A DNA stretch of 64,000 nucleotides. Origin: Pelagomonas calceolata. Its lineage: Eukaryota. The stretch covers positions 1,736,001 through 1,800,000 of the forward strand of contig CAKKNE010000001.1 in NCBI GenBank assembly GCA_918797485.1. The letters are read 5' to 3'. A program made the position numbers and the translations under genes. Positions 42,053-54,000 of this stretch are shown one piece after another (position 1 is the stretch's first letter; each line of letters begins with the position of its first letter). The notes below the pieces were generated by a model. The model saw only the letters and a list, made by a program, of their open reading frames with translations, was not told the origin of the DNA and ran no database searches.

Positions 42053-42850
42053 ATGGCCGACAGCACGAATGAGGCCACCAAACCGATCGGCTGGCTCCCC
42101 TTAGAGTCGAACCCCGAAGTCCTGAACCCCTTCTTGTGGAAGTTGGGCGTGCCGGGTGAGTGGGGCTTTTGCGATGTCTTCGGATTGGACCCCGAGCTGC
42201 TGGCCATGGTCCCGCGGCCGTGCATGGCTTTGTGTCTGTTGTTTCCGTGTGCGAAGATCGCGAAGGAGCGGAGACCGGCTCTGCGAGCAGCTCGACGGGA
42301 TCGAGTGGAAGCTGATAAAGCGGATCCCGACAATGACGAAGCACGTATTCGTAACGAGGCGGAAGGTGGCGTCTTCTTCCTCGAACAAGTGGAAGGGACC
42401 GGCAATGCGTGCGGCACGGTGGCATGCATCCACGCCGTCGGCAACGCCGTGGCCGGCCAGGCCTTCCACGTGCCCTGGGAGACGCCCCTCGGCAAGTACA
42501 TCACCGAAGCCTCCAAGGACCATACTCCTAAAGAACGGGGCAACCGGTTACTAGCTGCCACTGACTTGCATCAGGCGGCGGACGACACGGCGCGGTCGGG
42601 ACAGACGGAAGGCGCCGGGACGGACGACGCGGGAGATCGTCATTTCGTTTGTTTCTGTGAGCGCGGTGGTAGATTATTTGAATTGGATGGCCGAAATATC
42701 GGCGTCGACGACGAGGCGTTCCCCGTGGACCACGGCCCGACGACGCCCGAAAATTTCGTCAACGATGCAGCTAGGGTCATCCGCGACGAGTTCGTCGCCC
42801 TGGACGCGGACAACCCGAACTTTAACGTGGTGGCGTTCGTGCAGTTATAA
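42053..42850 (+). CDS. Ubiquitin C-terminal hydrolase (peptidase C12, UCHL3-like)
   Basis: WLPLESNPEV, Q..GNACGT, HFVCF and ELDGR motifs. Confidence 0.93.
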   Translation: MADSTNEATKPIGWLPLESNPEVLNPFLWKLGVPGEWGFCDVFGLDPELLAMVPRPCMALCLLFPCAKIAKERRPALRAARRDRVEADKADPDNDEARIRNEAEGGVFFLEQVEGTGNACGTVACIHAVGNAVAGQAFHVPWETPLGKYITEASKDHTPKERGNRLLAATDLHQAADDTARSGQTEGAGTDDAGDRHFVCFCERGGRLFELDGRNIGVDDEAFPVDHGPTTPENFVNDAARVIRDEFVALDADNPNFNVVAFVQL

Positions 42851-42856
42851 GAAGTA

Positions 42857-43720
42857 CTAGTTAGGCAACTGGAATTTCCTCGTCGCGCCGGCGTACGCGT
42901 CGAGGATGGCGTCGCGGGGGATGTGCTCGAAGAGCGCGCGCACGACCTTCTGCGCGGCCGCCGCGTCCTTGCCTTCGCGCGCGGCCATCGCGGCTTTATA
43001 GGCGTCCTTGGCGAGCGGCTTGAGCGTCGCGAGCATCTTTTTCAGCGCGGTGAGGCTCATCTTGGGCAGGAGCTCGTGGGCGAAGTTCTTCCAGCCGTCG
43101 TCGGCGCACTCCTCGGCCTCGCTCTGGCGCGGCTTCTTCGGCCGCCGCTTGGCCTTGGGCGCGGGCTTCGGCGGCGGCGGCGGCGCCTCGGGTTCGTCGT
43201 CGCTCGACGAGTCGCCGCCCGTCGGCGGCAGCGCGGCCGACGCCGAGCTCATCGCCGACGCCGCGCTCTTCCGCGCCGGCGGCGCCGCGGCCGCGTCGTC
43301 CTCGGACTCGTCCTCGGACGGCGGCGGCGCCGCGCTGGGCTTCTTCTTCTTCTTCTTCGGCCGCGCGGCGGGCGGCGGGCCCACGTCGTCGTCGCGCTTC
43401 TTCTTCTTCTTCTTCGCCGCGGGCTTCTTCGGCTGCGGCGCGGGCTTCTTCGGCGCCTTTCCGAGGTGCTCCGGCTTCGGCTCCGGCGTCGTCCGCCCGA
43501 GGCGCCGCGCGGCGTCGCCGCGGGGCGCGTAGCCGGCCTCGAGATTTGCGAACGGGTCTTTCGCTCCCGACTCGAGGTGGTCGCCGAGCGTGCGCGCGAC
43601 GCGTAGTTTGGCGCGCTCTTCCTTGTCCGCGATCGCTTGCGCCTCCAGGGCCTCGACGACGACGGGGTCGTCCTCGGCTAGCCCGAGCATGGCCGCGACT
43701 TCGGCGGCGGACTGGACCAT
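42857..43720 (-). CDS. Hypothetical Lys/Pro-rich protein
   Basis: ATG-initiated ORF with GC3-rich codons, closely convergent with the UCH gene. Confidence 0.6.
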   Translation of the reverse strand: MVQSAAEVAAMLGLAEDDPVVVEALEAQAIADKEERAKLRVARTLGDHLESGAKDPFANLEAGYAPRGDAARRLGRTTPEPKPEHLGKAPKKPAPQPKKPAAKKKKKKRDDDVGPPPAARPKKKKKKPSAAPPPSEDESEDDAAAAPPARKSAASAMSSASAALPPTGGDSSSDDEPEAPPPPPKPAPKAKRRPKKPRQSEAEECADDGWKNFAHELLPKMSLTALKKMLATLKPLAKDAYKAAMAAREGKDAAAAQKVVRALFEHIPRDAILDAYAGATRKFQLPN

Positions 43721-43974
43721 GGCTGCTAGCGGCGGTTAACGAGCGTGCACCGCCAATGGGTTTGTTGGTTGGCTGCTGCGGCGGCGTTACTTGCCCGGCG
43801 CTGCGTTTAACCAGCGCGCGCGTCCAACGCTCAGAGTCAGAGCTGCCTGGCTCGATAACTCGACGGTTTTGCGGCGCAAACGAACAGGTGACAGTTCTGG
43901 CGCAGCCGTAAGGACGCCTACAGCAAAATGCGGCTCGCGTGGCGAGCGGAGAGTCGCGTTCGATTCGGCACAGA

Positions 43975-43998
43975 GCTAGCGGCCAGTAAGACACTAGC
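43975..43998 (-). promoter_or_regulatory. Dyad-ended upstream motif, copy 9
   Basis: Reverse complement GCTAGTGTCTTACTGGCCGCTAGC between divergent starts at 43720 and 44312. Confidence 0.7.
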
Positions 43999-44311
43999 AA
44001 GCAAGCAAGAAAGCATCGACGAGTCCTCGGCAGCCTTTCCGGCAGCCGTAAAGACCAGTCGATTGCCGCGATGGGGGGCGCCGCCGAGCTCGGACGCCGG
44101 GTCACTTTGGCAGGCCCTATGCGAATGTGAGGCCGTAGCAGCCGCCGCTGGTGCTACGGAGCCAAAGCGCAGCCGCATCGACACCCCAGCACCCGCATCG
44201 GCCGGGCACGCGCAGCGACAGCGCCCGCATCGGCCACCGCGGCCACCGAAAGCCGACCCCAGGTCAAATTCCGGTCGCACGCGACGCGACGCGACCGCGC
44301 AGCGCGTCACC

Positions 44312-45436
44312 ATGGCCCACCGCGCGCACCTCCGCCGCGCCGCGGCCAACGCCGGGCCCAACTCATCGTGCGTCCGGCGTCCTTCCTCCCGCGCGCCGTC
44401 GACGCGCCACCACCATCGACGCGACGCCACCGCGCCGCGCCGTCGACGCGACGCGCCGCGCGCCATCGACGCGCCACACCACCGCAGGCTGAATCGCCCG
44501 CCGCCGCCGCCGCCGCGGCCGCCTCCATTGGCACACGACCCCGCCGTCCTCAAGACGCTGCCGCGCACGGGCAAGCGCGGCGCGCCCCAGGCCTTCCCGC
44601 ACCTCCTCTTCATGATGCTCGAAAGGGAGGAGGGCCGCCACATCAACTGGTGTTCCGATGGATTGAGCTTTGAGGTGCCGGACAAGGACGTCTTCGTCCG
44701 CGAGACGCTCCCGCGCTACTTCCGCCACAGCCGCTTCGCGTCGTTCCAGCGCCAGCTCAACCTCTACGGCTTCAAGAAAGTAAGTGATGGCGAGCTGCGC
44801 TTCGAGCACCCCGACTTCCTGCGGGACGCTCCACAAAGGGTCACGAAGGTGCTGCGAGCGCCGCCGCAACCGCAGAAGCCGCGGCCCAAGAAAAAGAAGG
44901 TCGTCCGTAAACCACCGTCATCGGACGACGACTATTCGGATGGAGACAAGACGCCGTCGCCGAAACGGTCGCGCTGCGACGTTTCCGCTTTATTTGGTAG
45001 AGACGAAGCTACTACGGCCGAGGCGCTATTTTCATTGAGCGCGCCGGCGAGTCCCGCCGGTACTGGCTCGGTCGGCTTCCCGTCGCCGGACGTGACGCTA
45101 CGCAAGGCCACGGAGAAGCTCCAGAATCAACCGCCGCCCGCGCCGCCGATCGCGACGCCGTCGCCGGCGTCGTCCTTCGGGTCGCGGACCAACCCGCGCG
45201 CGCCGCCGCCCTCGCCCCATGGTTTTGGCGCGGCGCTGGCCTGCGTCCGCGCGGCGTCGGGGTCGCTCGACTCGGACGAACTGCGGGACCCGTTGTTACG
45301 TCGCGGCCTCTCGGACGGCTCCGACGGCTGGCAGCGCGCCCTGGACGCCGGGCCCGCGCCGCCCTCGGAGCCGCTCTGGGCCCTCGATACGCCGACGGGC
45401 GGCTTCGGGGCCACGTTCTTCGGCGACGACGCCTGA
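44312..45436 (+). CDS. Heat-shock-factor (HSF) DNA-binding domain protein (likely exons 44312-44367, 44488-45436)
   Basis: FPHLLFMML..INW..DG.SF..LPRYFRHSRFASFQRQLNLYGFKK..FEHPDF. Confidence 0.9.
   Translation: MAHRAHLRRAAANAGPNSSCVRRPSSRAPSTRHHHRRDATAPRRRRDAPRAIDAPHHRRLNRPPPPPPRPPPLAHDPAVLKTLPRTGKRGAPQAFPHLLFMMLEREEGRHINWCSDGLSFEVPDKDVFVRETLPRYFRHSRFASFQRQLNLYGFKKVSDGELRFEHPDFLRDAPQRVTKVLRAPPQPQKPRPKKKKVVRKPPSSDDDYSDGDKTPSPKRSRCDVSALFGRDEATTAEALFSLSAPASPAGTGSVGFPSPDVTLRKATEKLQNQPPPAPPIATPSPASSFGSRTNPRAPPPSPHGFGAALACVRAASGSLDSDELRDPLLRRGLSDGSDGWQRALDAGPAPPSEPLWALDTPTGGFGATFFGDDA
44368..44487 (+). other. Probable in-frame intron, GT-AG, 120 bp, GCGTCC at +10
   Basis: gtgcgtccggcgtcc..ccatcgacgcg (twice)..accgcag; not forced by the reading frame. 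Confidence 0.6.
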
Positions 45437-45591
45437 GCCTCGCTTCACCACCACCGGCGGCGCCGCCACGGCCCCGCCCTATCCATATCCCGCGCCCACC
45501 CACGTAGTAATGCCCCCTTATGTTCACCGTCGACGGCGGGCCCGCGCCACTGCTCCTGATTCCTGCTGAGGGGTGCGGGACCATTCTAGGT

Positions 45592-45615
45592 CCTAGCGTA
45601 GATAAGCCCACTAGC
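45592..45615 (-). promoter_or_regulatory. Variant of the dyad-ended upstream motif
   Basis: Reverse complement GCTAGTGGGCTTATCTACGCTAGG, 173 bp upstream of the ATG at 45788. Confidence 0.45.
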
Positions 45616-45787
45616 GTAGATAAACTGAGAAGCTCAGCAGGAGTTGGCCTGAACGCCTCGTACATTGCCCAAATTGTTCTTCAGAAGCATAAGTGCTGCC
45701 TAGGGGTCCTACCTTCACGACGCAGCCGAAAAAGCGACGCAAATCGCCGTATAAACCTCGAAACGCAAGGAATCAGAAGACAGAGTC

Positions 45788-46451
45788 ATGATGCTCCGCG
45801 CGTTCTTGTTCCTCGCGCCCTCAGCGATGGCCCTCCAGCCCATGAAGCCCGTGAGCTACGACGCCTTCGAGCTGGCCGCAGCGGAAGCGCTGAAAGACGA
45901 ATTGCGGGCCAACTACCAGAAGCGCGCGGCGCGCGAGCGGTCCATGGCCGCCCAGGCCGCCGACGCGCTCGACGCGGCGCAGACCTTGGACCAGATCGAG
46001 GCCGCGCTGCCCTTGGCCGACGCGGCGGGCCTGCCGGCCGACGCGCCGGAGGTCCTGGCGGCGATCGCGCGCCGCGACCGGGCCCGGGCGACGGAGGAGC
46101 GCAACGCCGTAGCAACGCGGCGTCCCGAATCGACGCGTCGACGGCGTCACTGACGGCTCGCGAACGCAGGTGCTCGAGGAAATCAACAAGGCCGCGGACT
46201 GCCACGTCGAGAGCTGCGACGTCGAATTGCTCGCGGGGCTATTGGACGAGGCGCGGTCGCTCGGCGTCGACGCGTCGAATATCCTGGAAAAGGGCCGCGA
46301 GCTCGCCGCCGTCCAGGGCGACCGCGCGGCGAACGTGGCTGCTGCTTTGATCTTCAGCGACGAGGCCCACGCCATCTACGACCCCCTGGCGCCGCCGCGG
46401 AACAAGGCGCCGATCCTGGAGGACATCTCCGTCCTGGGCCCTGACCTCTAG
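45788..46451 (+). CDS. Hypothetical signal-peptide (likely plastid) helical protein (exons 45788-46108, 46170-46451)
   Basis: Signal peptide; intron removal joins ERNA|VLEEINKAAD. Confidence 0.65.
46109..46169 (+). other. Intron GT-AG, 61 bp, GCGTCC at +12
   Basis: gtagcaacgcggcgtcc..cactgac..cgaacgcag; excision joins the two ORFs. Confidence 0.8.
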
Positions 46452-46500
46452 AAGGTTTCCCCACTTGTGGTAGTACATAAAACAATTATCACATAGCACA

Positions 46501-47742
46501 TCAGGCCAGCCGCTCGATGGACGGCGGGAAGAAGAGCGCCCCTCTCAATAACCGGCAGTCGACGGGCGGCCCATCCAATGAAGCGGGCAATTTCGACCGC
46601 TGCGCCTCCCTGAGTGCAACGAGCGCCTTCCTCAAACAGCGCCGGACCACACCCAGCGCGCACCGCACGCTATCCCAGGCCGGCTCGACCCTCCGATTCT
46701 GCGCGAGGAGCCGGTCGCTGTCGGCGTCCGCCGATGATGTTGAAGCGGCGAGCTGGAGGTCGCGGTAGCGCTGGATGCCCGCCGCGAGCGGGTCGGATGA
46801 AGCCAGGACCTCGAGGTCGTGCGCGGCCCGCTCCAAGGCGTCGTGCGCCGCTTCCTCATCATCATCATCATACTCTCCTAAATAACGGCGCGCCGCGGGC
46901 CGCACGTGCTCCAAGACTTGGGCCGCGAGCGTCTCGAGCTTGACGTTGCCAGCGTCGAAGCCCGCGGCTTTGCAAGCCTCGGCGCGCGACGGCACGTGGC
47001 GCCGCTCGCCCTCGTCGTTCCGCGTGACGCGCGCCGCATCATATGAAGCGCGGAAGACCGGCGCGCCGCGTGTTCTCAGGTCCTCGACGGCACATGGACG
47101 AGTCCGAAAGCCTTCATTAGCGTCGGCCGCCCGCGCCGCCGCCTCGGACGCGAAAATCACGTAGACGTCGACGGCGTCTTTCTGATATAAGACTCCGACC
47201 TCCTTGACATCATCAAACACCTCGACAATTTGCGGCGTGTAGAAGACGAGCGCTCCTTCACCAAACAACCGCGCCGCCTCCGTATCAGCGTCCTCGACGT
47301 CCGCCTCCGCGCAGAGGACAGGTCTCGACACAGGCGCCTTCTTCGTCTTCTTCTTCGCAACCGCGCGCCGCTTCGCGGGCGGCGCCCGATCGATTACCGT
47401 CGTCTGCCGGCTCTTCGCCTTCGTGGCCGCGTCGACGGTCCGCGCTTTGGTGGTCGCGCGGTCTTTGGCTGTGGGCGCCACGGCGGCGAGATATCGTAAA
47501 CTACCGGTGGCCGCGAGCTCGCGGTCCTCCGTGAAGCCGTCGGCGTCGGTTTCGTCCGTGTACTCGTAAAGTTCGGAAATCGCGGCATTGTCCGGCGCCG
47601 CTCGAAAGGCATACGCGGCGTCTCCCAACTTGATTGTCATGCCTTCGTTGTCGAAGGTCACGCTGAGATCGCTACGCCCACTGTCAATGGCTGTGGCCAG
47701 GGCCGGCGGCAGGCGCAGGCGCGCGCAGGCGCGCCCGGCCAT
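46501..47742 (-). CDS. Hypothetical protein; N-terminus weakly reminiscent of Pol II elongation factor ELL
   Basis: Long ORF; TIKLGD..Y.F..ELY and TKARTVDAATKAKSRQTTVID segments; family call is tentative. Confidence 0.5.
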   Translation of the reverse strand: MAGRACARLRLPPALATAIDSGRSDLSVTFDNEGMTIKLGDAAYAFRAAPDNAAISELYEYTDETDADGFTEDRELAATGSLRYLAAVAPTAKDRATTKARTVDAATKAKSRQTTVIDRAPPAKRRAVAKKKTKKAPVSRPVLCAEADVEDADTEAARLFGEGALVFYTPQIVEVFDDVKEVGVLYQKDAVDVYVIFASEAAARAADANEGFRTRPCAVEDLRTRGAPVFRASYDAARVTRNDEGERRHVPSRAEACKAAGFDAGNVKLETLAAQVLEHVRPAARRYLGEYDDDDEEAAHDALERAAHDLEVLASSDPLAAGIQRYRDLQLAASTSSADADSDRLLAQNRRVEPAWDSVRCALGVVRRCLRKALVALREAQRSKLPASLDGPPVDCRLLRGALFFPPSIERLA

Positions 47743-48072
47743 TGCGTCTGCTGCAGCGCGGCGTTGAAGAGTGCTTGCAGTGAGGCTGTTAGACGCGTTC
47801 CAGCGCTTACCTATGCTCGAGGCTCGCACCCAGCCCCGATTTTTGCCTGAACTCCTATCTCGCGGGTTTTTACAGCTGTCCGCGTAATCCCCTCGACTGC
47901 GTGCGCGACGCCTCTCCGCGCGTCGCTGGGCTCGGAAAGCGGGTGTCTAGGCGAGCGGAAGTTCGAAAACCCGACAGCCAGGAGATTTTTCGCAGCAGAC
48001 ATTGTTGGGCGCATAACCACCAAAAACCGCTGCCCATGGTCGGCGACATGGGACCGTAAGACTCTCCCGACG

Positions 48073-51000
48073 ATGGCCAACTACAGGCAGCTCAAAATTG
48101 TTACAACGGCAGCGCTGCTGGCGGCCGCGGTGGGGCAAAATACTACTGCTGGCCCATCGGCGGTGCCGACGCCAGCACCGACACAAGTACCGACGGCCGT
48201 ACCGTCGCCGTCGCCGACGACGGCCGTACCATCGCCGCTGCCCACGCAAACGCCGACGCCAGAGCCCTCGGCCGCACCATCGCGGCTGCCGACGGCCGTG
48301 CCCACGAGCGTGCCGACCACGAGCGTGCCGACGCCGACGCCGTCGGCCGTGCCGTCGCCGCTGCCGACGCCCGGGCCGACGACGACTGCAGCGCCGACCT
48401 CCGTGCCAACATCAAAGCCGACGCCAGAGGGGACGCCTGCGCCGACGACGACTGCCGCGCCGACGTCCGCGCCGACGCCAATGCCGAGCACGGCAGCTCC
48501 GACGGAGGTGCCGGCTCCAAAACCGACGAACGCGACGGCGTCAACACAGCTGCCAACGCCCGGCCCGACGCCGCTACCGTCCGCGAATCCGACAGTACGA
48601 TCGCACGGTGCCGCCTGGGCCATCGACAAGGCGGGACCGATGTTGTGCATCGAGAATACCCCGCTGCAAGTTCATCAAGAATCAGGCAGCACCAAATACT
48701 CGATCGGCGCCCTCGACAGCGCGACGGGCGCGTACGAAGCTTTGTACGGCGGCGAGAATATGGAATGGACCGACGGCAAACACATCAACGCCGTCTCCCA
48801 GTGGACGAGTTCTACCGACGAGCACTTTGCGTTCGCGAGCGTAACAGAGCTGAACGTCGATGACGCCCCCAGCCTCCTGTGCCGCATAAACGTGAACGGC
48901 GAAGACTGCTTCTCAAACGGAAAGCTAGAGAAAAAAGCCAATGCCGGCGCCGTGATCGACGACACTTACTATTACGGGAAGAACGTCGGCAAGAGCGGAA
49001 CAGAATCGATATACTATGTCTCTGGCTTGGGTCAAGTGAACGCGACATTTCACACAGATACGAACTTCCTCGTCCGCGGGGACGACTCATTGTTTGAGGG
49101 CAAAATCCTGGACTTCGCGCCCCTCACGGAGCCGGACGGCGAGGACATGTTGATAGATGATGGGGTGGCAGGCAGATCGTACCTCATCGGCATCGGTGGC
49201 AAGTTCGAGGTCTTCGTGGCGCGCATCGGGACAGACGGCGCGCCGGAGAGCTACGCCGTGCTCGACGGCACGACCGTCGACTGGGGCAACGGGACAGAGG
49301 TATCCAAAGGCGAATTCGGCGCGGCATTCGCGTATCAGAGCCTGGATGGCGAAACGAACGACTTGAAATTCGCAGACAACGAAGGCGCCGGTTTATTTAG
49401 GTTGGAGCTGCCCTTAGTCATAGGGAACGACTGCTGGAATACTGGTACTGATGTGACACAGCACGCAGTATGTCCCGGCACGACGGCGAACCTCGTCTGG
49501 GTCGGCCTCTCGGAGAAGGCCGAAAGCAACGACGGCATGAACTGTCCATACCAGGAAGATCCCACGGCGGTGCCGACCACGGCGGCGCCCTCGACGGCCG
49601 AACCGTCCTACAAGCCGACAACGCTAGTGCCGACCTCCATGCCTGTAGCGGCAGAAACCTACAAGCCGACCCGGGAGCCCACCGAGGTACCGCCGACCCC
49701 GCAGCCTACCGTCATATCGACCTACGCCCCGACCGTGGCCGAGACGGCGCCCGCGGACGTCGCGAGGTTCAACTGCACGGCGTACGACGGCGCGTTGCTG
49801 CGCATCGAGGACCGGGACCTCACGCTGCGGATGGCGGACGGGAGCTTCGAGGCCGTGTGGGAGCTCCCGGGCGACGACGACGTGAAGGGCGTCGCGCTCC
49901 ACACGGAAAGCGAGGACGAGGACGAGACGCGGCTCTACGGCGCGTTCGGCGACAAGCTCTGCGAATTTGACGAAGAGGCAAAGCGATGTCTCGACGGCAC
50001 TTTAGAGTTCGAGCCCGACGCCGCGACGATCGTTGATTGGACCTACTACTACGGCAAGGACCTCGGTACTAGTGAAGGAAAACTTGCGTTCGTAGAAGAC
50101 GTCGACGACGGGCCGGACTTTTCAGATTCATACGACTTTCCCATGGCCCATTTCAATGGCACATTAAGGAGCTTCGTGCTTTTGCGGGAGGCCGAGGACG
50201 TCGACGAGGACATCGAGGACATGGATGGTGATGCCATCGGGAGCGGCGACGACGGCGAGTACCTGGTGGGTGTGAGCGACGACGGGAAGGTCGTGGTCAT
50301 CAAGCTCGACGACGGCGAGCCGGAAGAAAATTACGCCGTGCTCCACGCTTCGTACGACGGCGAGGGTCCGGTCACGGCCATGGTTTTTGATGGAGACGCC
50401 GTCTACTTCACTTCCGAGAGTGGTCTATACAAGATAGACCTCCCGATCGTCGTCGCCGAGTGGTGCTGGGACGGCGAAGACGTCGTGTGTTACTACAACG
50501 AGGACAAGCAAGAGCCCGAGGACGAGGACTACATGCCTCAAATTACATACGTGGGCCCGGCCGACGCAGGAGGCACATCAGGGTTGGTTTGCGGTTCATT
50601 AACCTTCGAACAAACGCAACCGAGCTACGCCCCCACGCCCGAGGCCGGGTTGGCGTTAGAGCCCTTCGATTGTACGGTAAATTTCCACCCGGTCCAGGTC
50701 ATGAAAACCGACGACGAGGACTACTATTCGGTCATGCAACTCGATCCGGCATCTGGTGAGTATGAGGAGGTTTATGATTTGGAGCACCTTATCACGGACG
50801 ACGGCCATGTAAATGCCGTGGATCTATGGTTGGATGGGGACAAGTACTACGTCGCCGGGTCGGTGCGAGCTGACGACGATGAGGACAGCAAGTTGTGCTT
50901 CTTTGACTCTGAGGACAAGGTGTGTCTTGAAGAAGACCTGGAAGAAACGAAGGCGAACGCGGGCTGCATTCTCAATGATAACTTCTACTACGCCAAGGAC

Positions 51001-54000
51001 CTGGGCGAGGGCGAGCGCTCGGTCTACTGGGTCGAGGGTATCGGGTCCAGTGAACCGGTCTTCCACAGCAAGGACGATGCTGAATTTGTCGTGGACGAGA
51101 ATCTGTACGAGAAGTCGGTGCTGGATTTCGTCGGCATCACCGAGAATGAGATGGAGTTCATCGACGACGGCGAGGAGGAGCGGTCGTACCTCGTGGGACT
51201 GGGCCAGGGCTTCGAGGTCGTGGTCATCCGACTGGAGGACGACGGCACGCCGGAGAGCTACGCCGTGCTCGAATCTGAAGTCGGGTGCGTCGACACGGAT
51301 AACCTTGGCCAGCCCGTCGACTGCGACGCGTACGAGGACGAGAAGGAGGAGTGGGAGGACGAGGGCGAAACGTCGGCCTTCGGCGCGGCGTTCAACTTCC
51401 GGGCGCCGGACTGGTCCATGGTCCAGACGTACTTCGCGTCGAACGAGGGCTGGGGCATCTTCGAGCTCGTGTACCCGCTCGAGGTCCCGGACGAGTGCTG
51501 GAATTCGGGCGAGGAGGACCACAGCGTGTGCGACGAAGGGGCCCAGTTGCTCTGGCGCATGCCGTCCGAAAAGTCGAAGTCGAACGACGGCATGAACTGC
51601 CCCCTCGGCGCGGGGGCGCCGCCGGAGGCGCAGCCGTCGCCGCAGCCCGTCGAACTCGTGTACGCGCCGACGCCGCAGCCGCAGGAGGAGACCGACGACG
51701 AGCCGCAGTACGAGGCCGGCGTCTTCGATTGTGATCACCACGGCAACCCGGTGCAAGTGCTGCGCGAGGACGACGACGAGCCGTACCGGGTCGTGGAGCT
51801 GGACGCGTCGAGCGGCGAGTACAATTTGTTGTACGAGATGGACTACTTGGATATCGACACGCATGTCAACGCCGTGGCGATGCATTCGGATGGGAACGGG
51901 GGCTACACGGCGCTGGCCTCGATCGGTGGTCGCGTGTGCCTCTTCGACGAGAGCGGCACGGAGTGTTTAGCCGAGGCCCTCGAGGTCTCAAAACCAAATT
52001 TAGGTGCGGTCCTCGGCGACGTCTTCTACTACGCCAAGGAGCCGGGCAATGGAGGGAGTAGGAGAATCTACTGGGTCGAAGATATTGTGGGAGAGGCGCC
52101 GGTCTTCCACAAGCACGACGATGCATTGTTTGAGATCCCCACGGGGCTATTCACGAAGTCCGTGCTCGACTTCGTGGCCATCGACGAGCAATCAGTAGAC
52201 TGGGTCGTCGATGATCATGATCAAGCTTCGTACCTCGTCGGCTTGGCTCAAAGGTTTGAGGTCCTTGTGATACGATTAAGTACGTCGGGAGAACCGGAGG
52301 CCTACGCTGTTTTACCGGGCGTCGTGGATTGGGAGGAGGACCCCGGAGACAACTCACCGTTCGGCGCGGCCTTCGCCTACCACTCGCCGACCTGGAATTC
52401 GTTGGAGACGTTCTTCGCGTCCAATGAAGGCTGGGGCATCTTCGAATTGCACTGGCCCCTCGCCGTGCCGGAGGCGTGCTGGAACACGGGCTTCGAGACT
52501 GATACCCATGAAGTGTGTGCTTCTACGGCAAATCTCACAAGATGGCACGACTCCGAGGAGTCCTCGTCAAACGACGGCATGAACTGCCCCCTCGGCCATC
52601 ATGTGGAGACCTACGAGCCTACCACGTCGCCGACTACGGCGCGGCCGACGCCCCAACCAACGAACTACACGTGCTCCGCCTGCTGGGACCAGCCCGTAGC
52701 ATCATTAGACTGCGCTTTGCATAGCGGCCCGCTCCGTTTGGATGGAGGCGCGGTCGTGGCGAATGGAGTTACCGCGGCGGACGTGTCCTACTTCGAGAAC
52801 GCGAACCCGGGCGGCCTGGCGCTCTACGAGGCGCGGGACGGCGCCTACCCCCTGCTGGCGGCGGGCGACATGCTCTGCCGCGTCGCCGCGACGGCGGACG
52901 CGTCCCAAGCGACGGCGCGGTGCTTCACGACCGGGCGGCTCGAGGTCGACGCGCCGCCCGCGGCCTGTGTTTTGGGCACGACCTACTTCTACGGCGACGC
53001 CGGGATGTTGTACGCGGTCCACAACGTCCACACGGACGCCGCCGTCTTTGAATCAACAGGCTTCGAATTTGGCAATGCTCTCGTCCGCGACGTGGCGCCC
53101 GTCGACGATTACTTAATTGGCGTCGCCGACGGCGCCGCATCCCTAATCGTCGTCAGGGCCGACTTCACGGGCCACGCGGCGCTCGCCGTTGACGACGCGG
53201 TGCCCGGCGTTGCGTTCGACGCGGCGTTCGCGTTCGACAACGGCGTCTACGTCGCCGGGAGCGACGGCACGTTGTACAATGTCGACGTTGATTTAACGAC
53301 GATCGACGACAATTGCTGGGCCGATTCCGGGGAGGACGCGCCGGCCTGCGCGGCGACGGCGACACTCAGTGCCGCGGCGCCGGCGCCGGCCGGGACCGGC
53401 TCCGGCACGAACTGCGCCGGCACGCTCGACCTAGGAACGGCGGCGCCGTCGTCGGAACCGGCGCCCGTCGCCGCGCCGACGCCGGGACCGTCGCCTAGTC
53501 CATCCACTGCGAATCCGACGGCGCGCCCGACCGCGGCGCCCTCCGCGAAGCCGACGACGGCGGCCCCCTCGGCCAAGCCGACGGCGGCGCCCTCCTTCAC
53601 ACCAACGCACGCCCCGAGCCTCTCAAGGCAGCTCGTGAGCGCTGCTGTTGTGCTCGAGTTCGACGAGGCCGACTACTCGGACGACCTGGGCCTCGCCGTC
53701 GGCGACGCGCTGGTCCAGGCGTCGCCTTCGGTCGTGGCGTGCAACTCCGTGACCTTCTCCACCACGGAGCGGCGGCGGCTCGCGGTGGAAACGAGGACGG
53801 CGGAGGCCGTCCTCGTCGTTGACGGAGGCGCCGACGTGGACGCCGTGGGCCAGGAGTTGTCCGATGCGGTCTCAAATGGAGATTTTGCGACGGCTCTAGT
53901 AGATGCCGTCGCTTCATACTCTTCCTTGGAGTCTGTGGATGCGTCGAACGCGGTCCAAGTATCCGCGTCGCTGGCCGCGCTCGAGGCCATTTCTGAAGTG

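Noticed and set aside
44263..44302. 5'-UTR intron upstream of HSF ending cgcgcag
   Set aside because: Only 40 bp, lacks the +12 motif and has no frame constraint
43928..44311. Upstream ORF extensions of HSF, TOP1 (19868), BTB (57568), ankyrin (10985) and others
   Set aside because: They run through promoter-like or UTR-like DNA (for HSF, across the 24-bp motif), mostly from non-ATG starts; downstream ATGs fit better
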